From the NCBI RefSeq assembly GCF_003334255.1, contig NZ_QOWU01000099.1: a stretch of DNA of 6,739 nucleotides, one strand, 5' to 3'. The notes under the pieces were generated by a model, which made no database searches, was not told where the DNA came from, and worked only from the letters and a program-made list of their open reading frames with translations. Numbering within the stretch: position 1 is the first letter of the stretch; every line of letters begins with the position of its first letter. Origin of the DNA: Escherichia coli. GTDB lineage: Bacteria; Pseudomonadota; Gammaproteobacteria; Enterobacterales; Enterobacteriaceae. Made by a program: the position numbers and the translations under genes. Positions 6,426 through 6,739 of the stretch are shown here, piece after piece.

Positions 6426-6739
6426 ATGTACGCTAAATCCTTTCTCGCACTTGATGGCAACGGGCGTCTGACGGGTGCCCGTACCGCACAGACTGCACCT
6501 TACGATCGCTACACTTGCCACCTCTGCGGCAGTGCGCTCAGATACCACCCGCAATACGACACTGAGCGTCCCTGGTTTGAACACACTGACGACGGGCTGA
6601 CAGCGCACGGTCAGCAGTGTCCTTATGTCAGACCGGAACGCAGGGAGGTACGCTTGATTAAGCGTCTGCAGCAATTCGTACCGGATGCCTTACCCGTGGT
6701 GCGTAAAGCCAGCTGGCACTGCAGACAATGTCACCACGA
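6426..6739 (+). CDS. Zn-ribbon protein, 5' part only (truncated by window edge), CoiA-like N-terminal pattern
   Basis: Reading frame open from ATG 6426 to the window end (104 codons, no stop). GAGGA at 6413-6417 gives an 8-nt spacer to ATG 6426; the ATG at 6420 is too close to it. The translation MYAKSFLALDGNGRLTGARTAQTAPYDRYTCHLCGSALRYHP..RPWFEHTDDG...CPYV...WHCRQCHH has CxxC, WFEH and a second CxxC, resembling the CoiA-type N-terminal zinc finger (CxxC ... HFxH ... C). Resemblance is by eye. Confidence 0.6.
   Translation, partial: MYAKSFLALDGNGRLTGARTAQTAPYDRYTCHLCGSALRYHPQYDTERPWFEHTDDGLTAHGQQCPYVRPERREVRLIKRLQQFVPDALPVVRKASWHCRQCHH

Noticed and set aside
6072-6674. 200-aa ORF on the minus strand overlapping the 3' end of the yagK/yfjJ-like gene and the Zn-ribbon gene
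   Set aside because: It is antisense to two plus-strand ORFs with good RBSs and recognisable motifs. Its translation is Val/Ser/Thr-rich with no motifs, typical of a shadow ORF in GC-rich coding DNA.
1-6739. Looked for CRISPR arrays, tRNA/tmRNA genes, rRNA, and integrase or transposase genes
   Set aside because: No regularly spaced repeats and no tRNA-like T-loop/acceptor or tmRNA sequence were seen. GGGGCTGA at 4563-4570 matches only the first 8 nt of E. coli ssrA. No ORF shows recombinase motifs.

Overview
This 6.7-kb window reads like cargo of a horizontally acquired enterobacterial integrative island of the CP4-57 / P4-like kind. I support four complete CDS and one edge-truncated CDS: a DUF3987/YfjI-family gene (+), an AlpA-family regulator (-) with an unknown 197-aa gene directly downstream on the same strand (-), a YagK/YfjJ (inovirus Gp2-like) gene (+), and the 5' part of a Zn-ribbon gene (+) running off the right edge. 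Coding density is unusually low: an AT-rich 1-1273 stretch and a ~1.6-kb stretch (3977-5597) have no convincing long CDS but carry a minus-strand intrinsic terminator, several hairpins, an 18-bp direct-repeat pair and a 17-bp perfect palindrome. The best candidates for something undescribed are the unknown 197-aa gene paired with alpA and the long ORF-poor stretch with its repeats and a possible small membrane protein; neither can be assigned a function from sequence alone. No rRNA, tRNA, CRISPR array, transposase or integrase was recognised. All family calls come from motif recognition by eye; no database search or folding program was run, so they are hypotheses to confirm.
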